Source of the DNA: Vampirovibrionaceae bacterium NZW_1234
Lineage (GTDB): Bacteria; Cyanobacteriota; Vampirovibrionia; Vampirovibrionales; JAGQHJ01
DNA: 64,000 bases
Assembly (NCBI GenBank): GCA_041697335.1
Contig: JBGUGD010000031.1
Span: 40,566 to 104,565 of the forward strand
Reading direction: 5' to 3'
Within the stretch, counting starts at the first letter, position 1. Every line of letters begins with the position of its first letter. This document shows, piece after piece, positions 1 through 10,203 of this stretch. The notes beneath the pieces were generated by a model. That model worked only from the letters and a program-made list of their open reading frames with translations. It ran no database searches and was not told where the DNA came from. Both the position numbers and the translations under genes were made by a program.

Positions 1-1342
1 AAAAATGACGTTGGAGGAAGCGCTGCGCGTTTCGGCGCCCCAGTAAATAATCATGGCGCCGAAACGATTCGTGAAAAAACGCGCCAAAAGCCCCCAGGAG
101 TTCCCCATACAACGGATAGGTCATTGTCACCTCCGTGGGGGTTCCATCCGCAGCGAGAGCGGTTCGGGTGTTGATGGGGCTGATTAAAAAGCGGCTAAAA
201 ATATCCTCATCCTGCGCCAGGGCCAGTTCTTCGGGCTTAAAGCGGGCTTGTCCCAGCATGGCCTTTACCATGCGAATAACCACGTCCACCAGCGACAGAT
301 CCGTCTTGGCAGGCATGTGGACCTTGGAGGGGTGTCGATTCAGCGGGCTAATCAGAATCACTGCCTTGGTTGCCTCATCTGCATGACGAGGGTTATGGCC
401 GTTGGGACTGCCCGTTAAGCTGAGGCGCGCGTATTCCAAAGGATGGTTATTAATAAGCCCGCCGTCGACGGCTGCAAAGTGAATTTCCCGAGCCTGGCTC
501 ATCTGCTCTAACCAGTCCGAATCCGGTAACACGGGCTTGGATGAGCCGTGTGACGGATCAGAACAGGAAGCGCCCGCTCGTAGCTGCAACCGGCCGACGG
601 GGTGAATATAGCGATGAAGCGGCTGGGTTACCGTGTGGCTTTTCAGGAGTCCCGGAAAGGCTCCCGAGGCCAGTGCAGCCTCTTTCAAGGCGTTGGCAGC
701 AGCAGCATCTCCAAGGGACACTTGCCTGGGGTTTACGTGGATTTTCTCCGCATCCTCGCTTGATGACGGCATTTTTAAACTCACGGCAAAGGGCTGCACA
801 TTGGCATGACGCGTCATGACGTGATAATCACCCACCATGGAAATGCGGTAGGGAACGCCTTCCAAATCCGTGATGCAGAGATACATATCCAGCGGGTCTG
901 CAATATAGCGACGACGAATTTCTCCCAGAGCCTCCACGTTGAAGGCTTCTTGTGCAATCTGAATCACGGGTGTGCTGTCGAGCAGGGAGGCCACATGGTT
1001 GGGGCGCTGCTTCAGATCGTGCTCCCCTAGAAGCCGCTGTATATCAATTGCCTTGACCCAACTGTGATAGAGGCGATTTCGGGCAGCCGGTGGTTCCTGC
1101 TGGCCCCGATAGGGTTCAAACAAGCCATACCAGACTCCTGGCAACAGCAGGGCTGTTTTCGCTCCGCCTGAGTTTCCGGCGACTGCTTTAATTTCGATGT
1201 TATGCGGTGGATCCCCCCGAAAGGCTTGGTACCAGGCATCAAGCGCCTCGGTCAAAAAATCGAGCACCCCGGCTGTGTAAGCACCTGCCGAAACAGTCCC
1301 AGAGAGGACCAGCGCAATTTGAAATGTTGGTTTTTCAGTCAT
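1..1342 (-). CDS. Patatin-like phospholipase (3' end runs off the window)
   Basis: Manual translation from ATG at 1342 (absent from the ORF track, consistent with no stop inside the window). It shows LVLSGTVSAGAYTAG (Gly-rich oxyanion loop), GNSGG (GxSxG nucleophile), ASGAFP and VDGG (catalytic Asp, 458-469), all in one frame. Confidence 0.85.
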   Translation of the reverse strand, partial: MTEKPTFQIALVLSGTVSAGAYTAGVLDFLTEALDAWYQAFRGDPPHNIEIKAVAGNSGGAKTALLLPGVWYGLFEPYRGQQEPPAARNRLYHSWVKAIDIQRLLGEHDLKQRPNHVASLLDSTPVIQIAQEAFNVEALGEIRRRYIADPLDMYLCITDLEGVPYRISMVGDYHVMTRHANVQPFAVSLKMPSSSEDAEKIHVNPRQVSLGDAAAANALKEAALASGAFPGLLKSHTVTQPLHRYIHPVGRLQLRAGASCSDPSHGSSKPVLPDSDWLEQMSQAREIHFAAVDGGLINNHPLEYARLSLTGSPNGHNPRHADEATKAVILISPLNRHPSKVHMPAKTDLSLVDVVIRMVKAMLGQARFKPEELALAQDEDIFSRFLISPINTRTALAADGTPTEVTMTYPLYGELLGAFGAFFHESFRRHDYLLGRRNAQRFLQRHF

Positions 1343-1962
1343 AATGCCTATTTATAAGATATTTTTGCTTATATCACTGATGTATTGGCATTATTCCCAT
1401 AGTTCAAGACTTTTAATCACCAAAAAGGCTTATTTAATGATTCCATAAGCATTTTCATCAACACACCCCAAAATTCGCTTGGATCCATCGACGTGTTAGG
1501 CTTTTCCAGGACAAAATAAAAAGTCCACAGAGGGTTGGATTCCATGACCCAATTCTCTGCGGACTGCCTGAAAGGCTTCCCCAACACATGATGAAAGAAA
1601 AAATTGAATGTCCTTTGTTCTCGAAAAACCTTATTTCACCCTGACGAATACGTTTGCATAGCGTGGCTGATGATAACACCCCAAGTGCATGAATACCCAA
1701 TAAATGACCTGTTCCACCTTACCCATCATATTTATCACTCGGCCAACCTAACTGTAACAAGTGCCTGTTTAAAAAATCAGAATTAAAACCAGAACTCTGA
1801 TTTTAAAATTATATCGATTTGAGTCCTACTTGTCGAGCGATAGTAACGTTTTGTTACAGCACTTTCGAACAATTAACGTAGAAATTTTACGACGAAACAA
1901 GCCTTTTGCACATTTGAACGGGGTAACCGACTCAGCTGAAGCATCACTTCAATGGTAATAGT

Positions 1963-2982
1963 CTAGCCATCCGAACGCGTCCGCTTGGGTTCCCGAGACG
2001 GGTTATTACTGGGTCCAAGCACATTCCAGAACACAACGGTTCCCGCCCCATGCCGGTCTCGGCACAACTCCCATGCCTTTCTATCGTAGTTGGCACATGA
2101 AGGAAAGGGTGTCGCCATTCGCAGTTCCTGCTCCAGTCGTTTGGGATGCCTGATAATTTTTGCTCGCCCCGGATCCGCAATATCCATTCCAACCTGAACA
2201 CCGATAATTTTTGTTTTCGGGTTTTTTAGGCCTGCCTGGAGCCCTCGGGTTAACACACCACTGGCCGCAGCAGACCAAAGCTCATCAATTGGCCCCACCT
2301 GATCCTCGACCTGTTTGATGACTCGGGCTAATACCGACTCTGCCAGAGAGGATTTTCCTCCCACTTCCAGGTAATGACGACCTGGAGCCGCTGTACTGAA
2401 GCGTTTGGCATGAGATTCGAGGACATTCAAGAATCCATGGGGAACCTGCTTCACCGTAACATGTGGCCCACCAAGGCGAATCGCCTCTAACGTCCTGGGA
2501 TGAAGCTGCTGGCGCTTGGCGACGAACAAGGTGACATGCTTTCCCGTTAAGCGGGCCATGGCTGCCAGAGCCACCTGAGCCCCTCCCCAGGTGGTCGATG
2601 GATAGACCACATGATCGTGCTGGGAGAACAGATGAACAAAGAATCGTGACTTCGTGCCTCCCGGCAGGCGATCATCGCGAACCACAAAGACCCCTTCGTG
2701 ACGCTCCACTCGAGGAGGAGCAAAGAGAATCTCATCCAATAGGGCAGCTCGGCCCGGATCCAGTTGGCGCAATCTGGGCAGAACGGCTTTTCTGGGAGCA
2801 CCCAGATAAACCGACCGAATGATATCGGATAAGGCCTGTGTCTGTGCTTTTGACAGGGGTGAGAGCGTCGACACCTGATCCGTTAATGCTACCTCCTCAG
2901 AAACACCTGCAGAGGCAACGGATTTGGTCTGGCTGCTAAATCTTGGGGCAGTCCCCAAAAAGGAAACGCGATGAATGGACAT
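1963..2982 (-). CDS. PLP-dependent fold-type II enzyme (ACC deaminase/D-cysteine desulfhydrase-like, compact form) with N-terminal RF leader
   Basis: VRDDRLPGGTKSR resembles the KRxD...GGNKxR Schiff-base Lys motif; also AAASGVL loop, NYDRKAW and VFWNV. Leader is MSIHRVSFLGTAPRFS. Confidence 0.65.
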   Translation of the reverse strand: MSIHRVSFLGTAPRFSSQTKSVASAGVSEEVALTDQVSTLSPLSKAQTQALSDIIRSVYLGAPRKAVLPRLRQLDPGRAALLDEILFAPPRVERHEGVFVVRDDRLPGGTKSRFFVHLFSQHDHVVYPSTTWGGAQVALAAMARLTGKHVTLFVAKRQQLHPRTLEAIRLGGPHVTVKQVPHGFLNVLESHAKRFSTAAPGRHYLEVGGKSSLAESVLARVIKQVEDQVGPIDELWSAAASGVLTRGLQAGLKNPKTKIIGVQVGMDIADPGRAKIIRHPKRLEQELRMATPFPSCANYDRKAWELCRDRHGAGTVVFWNVLGPSNNPSREPKRTRSDG

Positions 2983-2991
2983 AGGCGTTGA

Positions 2992-3315
2992 TTACGTCGA
3001 TAAGGATTGCTTGGGAATATTATCGGCAAACACCGGTGCCGTGCGAAAGGGAACGATTTGAACATCCTGCCAGACATTGCCCCGGACATAGGGATCATTG
3101 TTGTACCATGCGTCAAAGGCAGCCCGATCCGGAAAATCACAGATGATAATCGAGCCGATCATCTGGCCCTCGTCATTCAGCAAGGCCCCGCCATGAATCA
3201 TATGGCCTTTTGCCCGTAAATCAGCCACCATTGCCATATGGGCCTCCCGAGCGGCCAGACGCCGGTCCAGGGCCTCGTTGTCATGTCCATCATACGCAAT
3301 TACGGCAAATTCCAT
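2992..3315 (-). CDS. YciI family protein
   Basis: 107 aa with RxxAREAH, GGALL, GSIII and DPYV motifs typical of YciI; SD GAAGGAG upstream. Confidence 0.85.
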   Translation of the reverse strand: MEFAVIAYDGHDNEALDRRLAAREAHMAMVADLRAKGHMIHGGALLNDEGQMIGSIIICDFPDRAAFDAWYNNDPYVRGNVWQDVQIVPFRTAPVFADNIPKQSLST

Positions 3316-3413
3316 GGGTCGCTCCTTCTGTCAATGGCCTGTCTACTCTGAACTGATGGCGCTCACTGTATAGCATTCGGACGTTGAGATCAATACGGCA
3401 GAACGGCCAAGCC

Positions 3414-4226
3414 TTAAAAGAGCCAGAAGCGGCGTCTTGTTTTGCTCGCGTCGCTTGGCTTGATAAACACTTGCGAGAAGGGGCCTTCTCGGGCCGACTG
3501 CACAAAACCTGCCCGGATCAATGCTTGTCCTGCCTCTGGGTCTCCGCGGTAGGTACCGATAATCACCATACTGCCCGGCTGCAGATTTTGAAAAAGTGCC
3601 TGTGTCACCCTGGGAATCGTTTCGGACTTGTCCTTAAGCAGGTACCAGGCATTTCGGAAGAACACGACGGTACGGGGTGGAAATGTCCCTTGAACGTCTT
3701 TGACAAAGTCACCCACCTGAAAATGGACCGCTTGTTTCAGCTCCGGAGTCACGAGGCATCGGGTACCGGCATCAGCGGCAGTGGGTATAAAAAACCGTGT
3801 CAGCGGGGATTTCATCCCGACCTCATGATAACGATATTTCTCGCGCTCGCTCAGGGAAAAGCGGCCTTGCTGCGGCGCTTCAAGCACCGTGTCACTCAAG
3901 TCACGGGCTTGGATCGGCATATATTTTTGAGCCGCATCCCGAGGCAACCTGTCGAGGAGGGCCATTGCCACTGAAAACGGCTCCGACCCGTCAGAAGCGC
4001 CATGACAGATTAGATGAACCGGCTCCTGACCCGGAAAGTGCTTCTCCAAAAATCGTGGCAACTGCACAAACAACCCCTCGTCTCGAAACAGACTGGACAC
4101 GTGGATCAGATCAATCCGACGACCATCCGCGTCCTGGACGACACTGGTCTCACGAGTGCCTTGAAAAGGAATTCTGGAACTTCGAAACAGGCCGGAATCA
4201 CCGGGTGATGAAATGGCAATTTTCAC
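3414..4226 (-). CDS. CheR-type SAM-dependent methyltransferase (catalytic domain only, orphan)
   Basis: SSLFRD, HGASDGSEPFSVAM (cf. SAGCSTGEExYSxAM), ARDLS, FFRNAWY, LQPGSMVIIG. The GTG start directly abuts the upstream FtsH-like stop codon. Confidence 0.75.
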   Translation of the reverse strand: MKIAISSPGDSGLFRSSRIPFQGTRETSVVQDADGRRIDLIHVSSLFRDEGLFVQLPRFLEKHFPGQEPVHLICHGASDGSEPFSVAMALLDRLPRDAAQKYMPIQARDLSDTVLEAPQQGRFSLSEREKYRYHEVGMKSPLTRFFIPTAADAGTRCLVTPELKQAVHFQVGDFVKDVQGTFPPRTVVFFRNAWYLLKDKSETIPRVTQALFQNLQPGSMVIIGTYRGDPEAGQALIRAGFVQSAREGPFSQVFIKPSDASKTRRRFWLF

Positions 4227-7190
4227 TTAGGCCTCAGCAGCACGTTCTTTTTGGCGACGCAGTTTTCCTGAGGGATCGCTAAAAAATGCCCCGGCAATGG
4301 TTTCAATCTCCCGACGCAGATCCGCCGGGATATGTTTTTCCGCAAACGCCACGGCTTCAGGACCAATCAACTCCTTGTCCATGGCCATGGCTTCCGTCAC
4401 CATCGCGCTCATGCGCTCTTCGCCCACCGCAGTCATTATGGCTTTTGCCGCTTTCATCCCCTCTTTAATCACATGGTTCATCAGGCGGGTTTGCGAGGGC
4501 GTCAAATCCTTTTCCGGGTCCAGGACATCCAGCGCATAATTATTATCGAACATGGCATAGGTCAACATCTGACGGAGTTGTTTGCGAACCTTGTCAATGT
4601 CGCTGGACAAACCGGATGTTCGCCCCAGATCGCCGTACTTGGCTTCTTCGGCAGCAACACCGCCCAATAACATTAACACCCATGCCAGGTAATCGCGCTT
4701 GGTTTTGCTGAGTTCGCTGATGCTTCTCGGATCCACCACAACCCGCCCCAGCGACTCGTTACGCTGGAACATGGAAATGACAAAGGGCTTAATCCCACCG
4801 GGAATCCCGGCCAGCATGTGCCCAAATTCGTGACGCCCGGTTTTTTCCACCTCCTCCGCGGGAGGCTTGTTCAGGGAGATGTCCCCGAAGACATTGGTCT
4901 GAAAACTTTCAATACAGTCTTCCAACGTGACTGTGGTTCGCTCGGCTTTCAAGGCCCGATCGGCAGCCCCTTTGATGACGGCTTCCAAGCCATCCCCAGA
5001 GAGGCCACGACAAATAGAGGCAACTTCACCCAGAACCGAGTCATTCTCAAAAGACAGGCCATCGGCGTTAAAAATCCGCTTGGCGTGAATTGCCAGGATT
5101 TCCTGACGTTCCGTGTCACTTTGGGGATTGCCGATATGGATGATATGGCTGAAGCGCTTGCGCCGGGTCAACAGTGCCGGATCCAGGAGATCCTTGCGAT
5201 TGGTGGCGGCAAGCACGACGATGTTATCGGATTGTTCAAACCCATCCATTTCCTTGAGCAGGGCGTTCAGCGTGCTTTCTCGCTCGTCACTGGCACCACT
5301 GCCCGCGCCATCCATTAAACGCTTTTTGGCAAGGGAATCGATTTCATCGATAAAAACAATACAGGCGCCTTTTTCCTGGGCTTTCTGGCGGGCCTGCTGG
5401 AAGAGATCCCGGATGCGGCTGGCACCAACGCCCACGTACATTTCGTTAAAATCCGATCCACTGAGGGATACGAAGGGCACACCGGCCTCACCGGCCAAGG
5501 CCCGAGCCATCAGGGTTTTGCCGTTTCCGGGCGGGCCTTCCAATAATATGCCCCGAGGCAGATCCACGGGCAGCTTCATCACCCGTTTTTTGATTTTCTG
5601 GAGCAGATCGGTGAATTTCTGCTTGGCAATATGGTTACCACCCACATCGGAAAAGCGGGTTTCAATGTTTTCTTCCATCTCCGCACCGCGGTGCTTGCCG
5701 AAATTATCGGCCCGCTCCAGATGCTTCAACTGACGGTCAAGGAACTCCATCTGTTTTTTGGCGAGCTTACTGTTGCCGCCGCCACGGTTTGCCAACTGAA
5801 TGAGAATCGAAATGGCAAACAACGCCAATAGTCCTCCCCCAATCAGTGTCCCGGAATTAATTCCACCGGACTCGGTGGGAGCTTGTACGGTTGGTACCGT
5901 AATCACCGGCGGTGGAGGTTCTTCTGCAACCAGAGTTACATTGGCCTGCTGGAATGCAGGTGTCAACCGGCTTTTCTGAGCCAGATCCACATTCGGCAAA
6001 GTCATGACTCGAGAGGCTTCCTGGGGTGTCCCTGGTCGTGTGGAGAAGACATAGGTATAAAACCCGTTATTATGGGAAATTTCTTTGACGACGGGGTTGA
6101 GCCTGTTTTGCTTCAATGCCTCAATGGCTTCATCCACCGTGGCAAAGCGATTGCTTACCACGGGTGCCGACTCGGATGTGACCGGTGTGGTCGAGGCATT
6201 TTTTGATGTCCCTTTCGACGTGGGGTTGGCGCTCTTGGTTGCCGGAGGCGTAGGTTGCGTTGAGCCTGTTTTTGATGACGTGGACGCAACAGGCGAGGCA
6301 TTGGGTTTTTGAGACGATTGGTTAGACAGAACCGCAATACCAATCGACAGCGGGATGACCGTGGCCAATAAAATCCCCAAGCGCCGAAGCGCCCCAGGCG
6401 CTATTTCCGTCGTGCGGGCCTCGCCCATAAAGGGGGTTCGCGTCGTCAGCTTATGATCTTCATCGCGTGGAAAAATATCGGGCCGATCGGCTTTATACGG
6501 CTCCTGTTTTTCCGGGGGCAGCTGGGACACTTTAAATATTTCTTCCGCACGCTGGGTTAAATACAGTCGGTGAACAATGCGCACGCTGGACGGATCTTTA
6601 TAGGCCGGGCTGGACAAATCGGCCCGTTCACCGGTAGCCGGATCCACATACTCCTCCTGCGGCATTAAAATCCGGGATTCAATCAGATTTCGGGTCATCA
6701 GGATTTGAGAGGTGCGATTGCGAAACCCGAAGTGCGTATCCAGCGCCCAGAGGTACTTGCTGCTATAGGCTTTGCCGGGATCTTTCTGTCCATTGAGATA
6801 GCCTGCTGGTCCCTGCCGACCATCCAGGTGAGCCCGGTTCTGAACAAAGTAGGCCAAAATTTCCTTGCCCGTTACCGGGCGCCAATCATCGTTCATAAAG
6901 GAGGTTTCGAGGAAATCCTCGAAGTATTCGGGAATATGCAAAAAGGGTTTATCCACTTCCGGTTCCCGATTCAAGCCTGGAAAGAGTTTTTGCCAGATCG
7001 TTTTCCGAGGCTTATTCTCCGGCGTTTCTCCGGCATTGGGAATACCATCCGTTGGGTTGGCACCAAAACGAACGGGAGGTCGAAGTGCAGTAGCAGCAGA
7101 CATCCCCCGCTGAGGCTTGGCCCCACCTGTACTGAAGGCCTTATGTCGCTGGGTCGCAACAGAATAATATCCCTGAATCACGTCCATCAC
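4227..7190 (-). CDS. FtsH-like AAA+ zinc metalloprotease, divergent paralogue with long N-terminal extension
   Basis: Two hydrophobic segments, Walker A GPPGNGKT, pore loop EMYVGVGASR, Walker B IVFIDEID, SRH AATNRKDLLDPALL, and M41 motif HEFGH plus AAEE. Confidence 0.9.
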   Translation of the reverse strand: MMDVIQGYYSVATQRHKAFSTGGAKPQRGMSAATALRPPVRFGANPTDGIPNAGETPENKPRKTIWQKLFPGLNREPEVDKPFLHIPEYFEDFLETSFMNDDWRPVTGKEILAYFVQNRAHLDGRQGPAGYLNGQKDPGKAYSSKYLWALDTHFGFRNRTSQILMTRNLIESRILMPQEEYVDPATGERADLSSPAYKDPSSVRIVHRLYLTQRAEEIFKVSQLPPEKQEPYKADRPDIFPRDEDHKLTTRTPFMGEARTTEIAPGALRRLGILLATVIPLSIGIAVLSNQSSQKPNASPVASTSSKTGSTQPTPPATKSANPTSKGTSKNASTTPVTSESAPVVSNRFATVDEAIEALKQNRLNPVVKEISHNNGFYTYVFSTRPGTPQEASRVMTLPNVDLAQKSRLTPAFQQANVTLVAEEPPPPVITVPTVQAPTESGGINSGTLIGGGLLALFAISILIQLANRGGGNSKLAKKQMEFLDRQLKHLERADNFGKHRGAEMEENIETRFSDVGGNHIAKQKFTDLLQKIKKRVMKLPVDLPRGILLEGPPGNGKTLMARALAGEAGVPFVSLSGSDFNEMYVGVGASRIRDLFQQARQKAQEKGACIVFIDEIDSLAKKRLMDGAGSGASDERESTLNALLKEMDGFEQSDNIVVLAATNRKDLLDPALLTRRKRFSHIIHIGNPQSDTERQEILAIHAKRIFNADGLSFENDSVLGEVASICRGLSGDGLEAVIKGAADRALKAERTTVTLEDCIESFQTNVFGDISLNKPPAEEVEKTGRHEFGHMLAGIPGGIKPFVISMFQRNESLGRVVVDPRSISELSKTKRDYLAWVLMLLGGVAAEEAKYGDLGRTSGLSSDIDKVRKQLRQMLTYAMFDNNYALDVLDPEKDLTPSQTRLMNHVIKEGMKAAKAIMTAVGEERMSAMVTEAMAMDKELIGPEAVAFAEKHIPADLRREIETIAGAFFSDPSGKLRRQKERAAEA

Positions 7191-7276
7191 TCACCCTTAT
7201 GTTCACATCCCACTTTTTCAGAAGTGAATCATATTGGAATACAAACCGAAATAAATGTACACCTTGGATCGCATTT

Positions 7277-7303
7277 TTATCGCATTGTGTTTACATTCAT
7301 TTA
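7277..7303 (-). promoter_or_regulatory. Possible sigma28/FliA-type promoter
   Basis: Minus strand TAAA-N15-TGCGATAA, about 90 bp upstream of the FtsH-like gene (consensus TAAA-N15-GCCGATAA). Confidence 0.4.
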
Positions 7304-7415
7304 CGCCCACGCACCAAAGCACACGGCTTTATACTGCGAGAAGCCCATATCCGCAGAACAAGATTGGCAACAGAAATTGCCACTTCCGCAAGAAAAAAGG
7401 GTGAGAGACGACTTC

Positions 7416-8219
7416 CTAAACCAATGTTTGTATTGCCGCGTGGGTGTTTATAAAGGCTTCCATTGCGGTGACCAAAGCCACAGGCGTTTCCACCATGGGA
7501 TAGTGCCCGGCATTTTGAACCACCTGCAAAGAGGCTTTAGGGAACCACCGCAGAATAGTATCCTGGATGAGTGGCGGTGTTACAGCCGGATCGGACTCGC
7601 CTACCAAGACGAGAAAGGGTATCCCTAGCCCCTGCACATGGTCGACAAAGCTGGTTTGGGACCAGGCCGTCAGATAGGCATCAAATGCCTCGGGCGTTGT
7701 TTGTTCCAGAGAGCGTTGGGTCATCACATGGCCAAATTGCGGTGTCAGACGATTGCCGGTGGTATGCATCAAGATTGCATTTCGGCTTTCCGCCTGGGAT
7801 TTTGCACTGCGAAACAGAGCTTCGGTTTGCGCATCAAAAGGAAACCCGCAAGCAGGGACCGGGGTTATGCCAACCAGGCTTTGAATACGTCCGGCATAAT
7901 GTGCGGCCAACCACTGCGCCACCATTCCTGCCATGGAGTGCCCAACAAAGTGAAATTCACTCCATCCAAGGTGATCCGCAACAGCAACCGCATCCGACGC
8001 CATTTCGGCAATGGTGTACTCACCCGGAGTCTGCCGGGAAAGGCCATAGCTGCGAACATCCATAAAAGCATAGGTAAACTGCGAATGATCCAAAAACGGA
8101 AGAATAGGATCAAACACCGAGCCATCCCCCAACCAACCATGCATGACGATTACATGTCGGGAACCCTGACCCACGAGTCGGAATCCAACACCTGAGGGGG
8201 TAACGTTTTCTTTGCTCAT
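7416..8219 (-). CDS. Alpha/beta fold hydrolase
   Basis: HGWLG oxyanion motif, DVRSYGLS, nucleophile elbow GHSMAG, GESD, AGHYP. Confidence 0.92.
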   Translation of the reverse strand: MSKENVTPSGVGFRLVGQGSRHVIVMHGWLGDGSVFDPILPFLDHSQFTYAFMDVRSYGLSRQTPGEYTIAEMASDAVAVADHLGWSEFHFVGHSMAGMVAQWLAAHYAGRIQSLVGITPVPACGFPFDAQTEALFRSAKSQAESRNAILMHTTGNRLTPQFGHVMTQRSLEQTTPEAFDAYLTAWSQTSFVDHVQGLGIPFLVLVGESDPAVTPPLIQDTILRWFPKASLQVVQNAGHYPMVETPVALVTAMEAFINTHAAIQTLV

Positions 8220-8249
8220 ACCTTTACCTTTGGTCCTTCCTTACCGATG

Positions 8250-8277
8250 CCATCGACATTGATTCAACCCAATTCTA
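8250..8277 (-). promoter_or_regulatory. Possible sigma28-like promoter
   Basis: Minus strand TAGAATTG-N12-GTCGATGG, 30 bp upstream of the hydrolase ATG; same spacing as the sites at 17971 and 22215. Confidence 0.35.
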
Positions 8278-8333
8278 GCAGGAAGTCCGGCGCTTCCCTA
8301 CTCCCCTACTCAAAGACAAACAAGGTTGAACGT

Positions 8334-9059
8334 CTATGAACCTGGGCTTCGGCGCGCCGCATATTTTTGAAAGCGCGTGTTTAAAAATGCCAACAGCTTG
8401 GATTCGCCGTTCAGATAAAAAGACTGACGAATGCCATCAAGGGCCGGTTTTTCATCCAGGCCCAGCTTTCGGTAAAATCCTTCGGCACCCAAGGTCGCAT
8501 TTAAAAAGAAGCCTTGAGCCCCTTTCTTCAGACTTTCAATCACCCCATGCGTGGTCAACGCTGCACCCACCCCGGTATAGTCCGGCGTTGACGTCATCAT
8601 CGAATTACATCGGGGATGAATGCGGATGCCATTCAGGTAGGTTTTACGGAGGCCATCGGTTATGTCCACCAAGGAATGATGCAAAGCCACCACACCCAAA
8701 ATCACCCGATTAGGCAGCATTAACTTCAACACCTCGGTATTGGGTGGTGGTGCCTTAATGACGTCCCGCCACCAGTCTCGCCACTTCATATTGGCAGCAT
8801 AGGTGGGTTCACCCGGCGGTTTCGGATTGTACCAATCGTCCACCTCTGCCGCATCCTGAGGCTCAACGGGAACAATCGACACGTCCACCGAATCACCGCG
8901 GCGTGTTTTTAGGGGGACCACCCCTTGCCAGAACCGAGGTGCCCCGGCAATCCCGTTAAGTTGATCCGGCAGGGCCGATTGCCCACCAAAGCGAGCTGAT
9001 GGTCTCAACAGCATCGGTGTGGCATGTGCCTTGGGTTTAATGAACATTTGCACCAACAC
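8334..9059 (-). CDS. GNAT-family N-acetyltransferase-like protein with RFG leader
   Basis: YTGVGAAL (acetyl-CoA loop-like) and LNATLGAEGFYRKLGL (GNAT motif B); leader ends ...LRPSARFGG. Confidence 0.65.
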   Translation of the reverse strand: MLVQMFIKPKAHATPMLLRPSARFGGQSALPDQLNGIAGAPRFWQGVVPLKTRRGDSVDVSIVPVEPQDAAEVDDWYNPKPPGEPTYAANMKWRDWWRDVIKAPPPNTEVLKLMLPNRVILGVVALHHSLVDITDGLRKTYLNGIRIHPRCNSMMTSTPDYTGVGAALTTHGVIESLKKGAQGFFLNATLGAEGFYRKLGLDEKPALDGIRQSFYLNGESKLLAFLNTRFQKYAARRSPGS

Positions 9060-9095
9060 GAAAAATAATCCTCGATTCTTAAAAAAGCGATTGTG

Positions 9096-10160
9096 TTAGG
9101 CTGCGGGAGACACCGGTTTATCCGGCCCGGAAGCCGAGGCATCCGGGACAGAGGGCTGAGCCAACACCGCTTCTGCGGCGGCAATATTGGTACGAATCGC
9201 CGCAACCGATTTATCCCAGGCCAGCTTTTCATCGGCCGACAAGCTTAGTGGGGCAATGGATTCCACCCCATTCTCACCAATGATAGCGGGCACGCCGGCA
9301 TACAAACCTTTATCCGGGCCAAACTGATCATCCAGTTGTACGGAGCACGGCAAGGTTTCTCGGGTATTATTAAAAATGGCATTGACCATGCGCGCAATGG
9401 CCGCACCAGGCCCATGGGCCGAGGCCGACTTAATGGCCTGCAACAGCTTGGCAAGGCGCCCACCCCCGTTAATCGTGGCATCGGCAACAACTTTCTGCTC
9501 GTCCGCTGTTAATGCTGTTGCAGCAGGTTGTCCATTGACCGTGGTCATGCTGAACATCGGGATCATATTGTCGCCATGCTCACCCAATACCCATGCCTTA
9601 ACGGACTGCAAGGGCAGATTCTTTTGGGATGCAATGGCTTCCTGCATCCGAGCCGAATCCAGAATACCTCCCATTCCCATCACCCGATTTGCAGGAAAAC
9701 CGGTCAGCTTTTGCCCCATGAAACTCATCACATCCAGGGGGTTTGAGACCATAATCACCTTGGCCTTGGGAGCCCGTGTCTTGATGTTGTCACAAATGGT
9801 GCCCAGAATCTTGGCACCCATCGCTAAAAAGTCACTGCGGCTTTCTCCCGGCTTGCGGGCCCGTCCAGCGGTAACCACCACGATATCGGCATTATCAATG
9901 ACCGAATACTGATCACTGCCATAGACCTTGGTATGGGATCCATTCGCCGCCGCAGCCTGGGTTAAATCCAACCCTTTGCCTTCCGCCACGCCCGGTTGAA
10001 TATCGAACAGGGCAATTTCATCACAGGTCTTATTATGAACCAGCGATGAGGCCGCCGCACTACCGACATTTCCAGCGCCAATAATAGCGACTTTACGGGG
10101 TTTTGACTGTTCCGTCGAGTTTGTCCCAAAGCGAAGTAACTGCAGTGCCTTCATTTGCAT
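9096..10160 (-). CDS. mdh: Malate dehydrogenase (LDH-like) with short RFG leader and C-terminal tail
   Basis: KVAIIGAGNVG, TAGRARKPGESR (substrate Arg of MDH retained), SNPLD, LDSAR, GEHGD. Confidence 0.88.
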   Translation of the reverse strand: MQMKALQLLRFGTNSTEQSKPRKVAIIGAGNVGSAAASSLVHNKTCDEIALFDIQPGVAEGKGLDLTQAAAANGSHTKVYGSDQYSVIDNADIVVVTAGRARKPGESRSDFLAMGAKILGTICDNIKTRAPKAKVIMVSNPLDVMSFMGQKLTGFPANRVMGMGGILDSARMQEAIASQKNLPLQSVKAWVLGEHGDNMIPMFSMTTVNGQPAATALTADEQKVVADATINGGGRLAKLLQAIKSASAHGPGAAIARMVNAIFNNTRETLPCSVQLDDQFGPDKGLYAGVPAIIGENGVESIAPLSLSADEKLAWDKSVAAIRTNIAAAEAVLAQPSVPDASASGPDKPVSPAA

Positions 10161-10203
10161 GCCTGGCCCCTTTCACATTCCCATCATCCCAAATAAGGGT
10201 GTC

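Noticed and set aside
1343..1960. AT-rich gap with short ORFs (1458-1700, 1604-1786) and a small inverted repeat near 1772-1806
   Set aside because: No motifs or SD support; cannot be distinguished from ordinary intergenic or terminator sequence.
6705..7628. 307-aa plus-strand ORF
   Set aside because: It overlaps two well-supported minus-strand genes and has no recognisable motifs.
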